Assembly (NCBI GenBank): GCA_033442325.1
Contig: JAWQFM010000005.1
Coordinates: forward strand, 871,694-935,693
Direction: 5' to 3'
Source: Salpingoeca rosetta
Lineage: Eukaryota > Protista > Choanoflagellata
DNA: 64,000 nt
Positions 41,796 to 64,000 of this stretch are shown one piece after another. The position numbers were made by a program, and so were the translations under genes. Below the pieces are notes generated by a model, which had not been told where the DNA came from, searched no databases, and worked only from the letters and a program-made list of their open reading frames with translations. Within the stretch, counting starts at the first letter, position 1; every line of letters starts with the position of its first letter.

Positions 41796-42205
41796 TGTGT
41801 GTGTCTGTCTGTGTGTGTGTGTGTGTGTGCACGTACAAGCACACGGTCTTCCTGCCTCCTCTTCTCTGCACCTCTGTTTCTCTCTGCACCTTTGTCCCTC
41901 TCTGCGCCCGTGTCTCAGTGTTTCTCCACAGCGCGCGCCATGTTCAAGTGTTCATTGAGGGAAGACGTCGCCGTCAGGCCACACCGCATCTGTCCACAAA
42001 GCGCCCGGAGGGAAAAAAGCAACGTGTGGGGCGTGGGTGAAGCACTTGAGATGGGGCAAGGGTGGCAGTCGAGGGTGAGAATGAAAAGCAGGCACGAGAG
42101 AGAGAGAGAGAGGGAGAGGGGGGAGGAAGAAGAGGGGAAGAGGGGTATGTTTGGTGTGCATGGATGGCATGCGGTGTCAAAGGGAAGGTACTTGTCCTGC
42201 GTGAA

Positions 42206-42237
<32 letters not shown>

Positions 42238-42241
42238 ATGC

Positions 42242-47635
<5,394 letters not shown>

Positions 47636-48011
47636 GTTTCGGATGGACGGAGCGACACCAACGAACGACGTCGTGAGAGGCAGGCAAGCACGGAGGACGG
47701 GTGGTGCTGGTGCTGCTGGGCGCGAGTTGTGGTCGCAATAAGTGTGCTGTGAGATTGTAGTGGCTTTGGAGCAGCGGCCAGAAGACGAAGCGTGGAAAAA
47801 AAAAAGCAGCGGCAGGGCAGTGGATTAAAACAGCATCACATCTAAAACAATGGCGGTGCAGCTTCGTCAGATTCCATGGGATGTTAGCGAACATGCTGCT
47901 GAGTCAGCATTTTTCTGAGCACCACCAACTGCCTTTTTTTTGGGAGTGCTTTGCTTTGTTGGGGACGGAGGCGGACGCTGCGAGGTGCAGGCAGAGAAGA
48001 AGGGTGTGTCG

Positions 48012-48059
<48 letters not shown>

Positions 48060-48275
48060 GGGAGTGTATGTGTGTTTGTATGTGTGTGTGTATGTGTGTG
48101 TGTATGTGTGTGTATGTGTGCAAAGGGACACGGAGATGAGGACTGTTACGTACAATGGTGATGGGATGATGTGTGTGAAAACCCGTCCACCGACACTCTC
48201 ATCACAGTCATGGACACACACAAACCCACAAACAGTCTCCTTTGTTCATGGTGACTGATCCTTTGTGGGATCCAC

Positions 48276-48346
<71 letters not shown>

Positions 48347-48586
48347 TGCACATATCAGACTCACCCCAAACGTGCTCTCTCTCTCTCTCTCCCTCTCGCT
48401 CTGTGTGTCGCTGTGTTTTTCCTCGCTTTGCTTATCCTTAACTCGTGCCCCATCGGCCACCAGCACACACAGGCAACCACGAACAGTCATACGGACACAC
48501 ACACACGTCTCCATCAGTAAGCGACCTGCACTGACAACAACAGCAGCGGCAGCTGCTGCCGGTGCAAGCCAGGAGACGAGGCAACG

Positions 48587-64000
<15,414 letters not shown>

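Overview
Eukaryotic, intron-rich, GC-rich genomic DNA with (CA)n/(GT)n microsatellites in most introns and an animal-like gene set. This is most consistent with a choanoflagellate, probably Salpingoeca rosetta (inference). Most ORFs in the supplied track are microsatellite artefacts. Manual splicing at GT-AG junctions gives 12 genes: OPA1 (runs off the left edge), proteasome ATPase RPT1/PSMC2 (AAA core missing in this assembly), an NDP-glucose 4,6-dehydratase, a linker-less ~384-aa ERM protein, an MDR-family oxidoreductase with a signal anchor, PEX1, RPT6/PSMC5, a MELK-like kinase, BRIX1, an orphan 417-aa type-I membrane protein with an exon-duplicated Tyr-containing cytoplasmic repeat, a bacterial-type (FadE/DmdC-like) mitochondrial acyl-CoA dehydrogenase, and a >3,100-aa pecanex. 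There is one 390-nt assembly gap. The most striking item is the pecanex gene (48587 to beyond 64000). It splices in frame through 27 exons and carries one canonical and two divergent SH2 domains in its N-terminal loop, plus PxxPxR motifs and an acidic Tyr-rich tail, which suggests a pecanex linked to phosphotyrosine signalling. Its 5.4-kb last exon is absent from the ORF track because it has no stop inside the window. Family assignments come from remembered motifs, not database searches.
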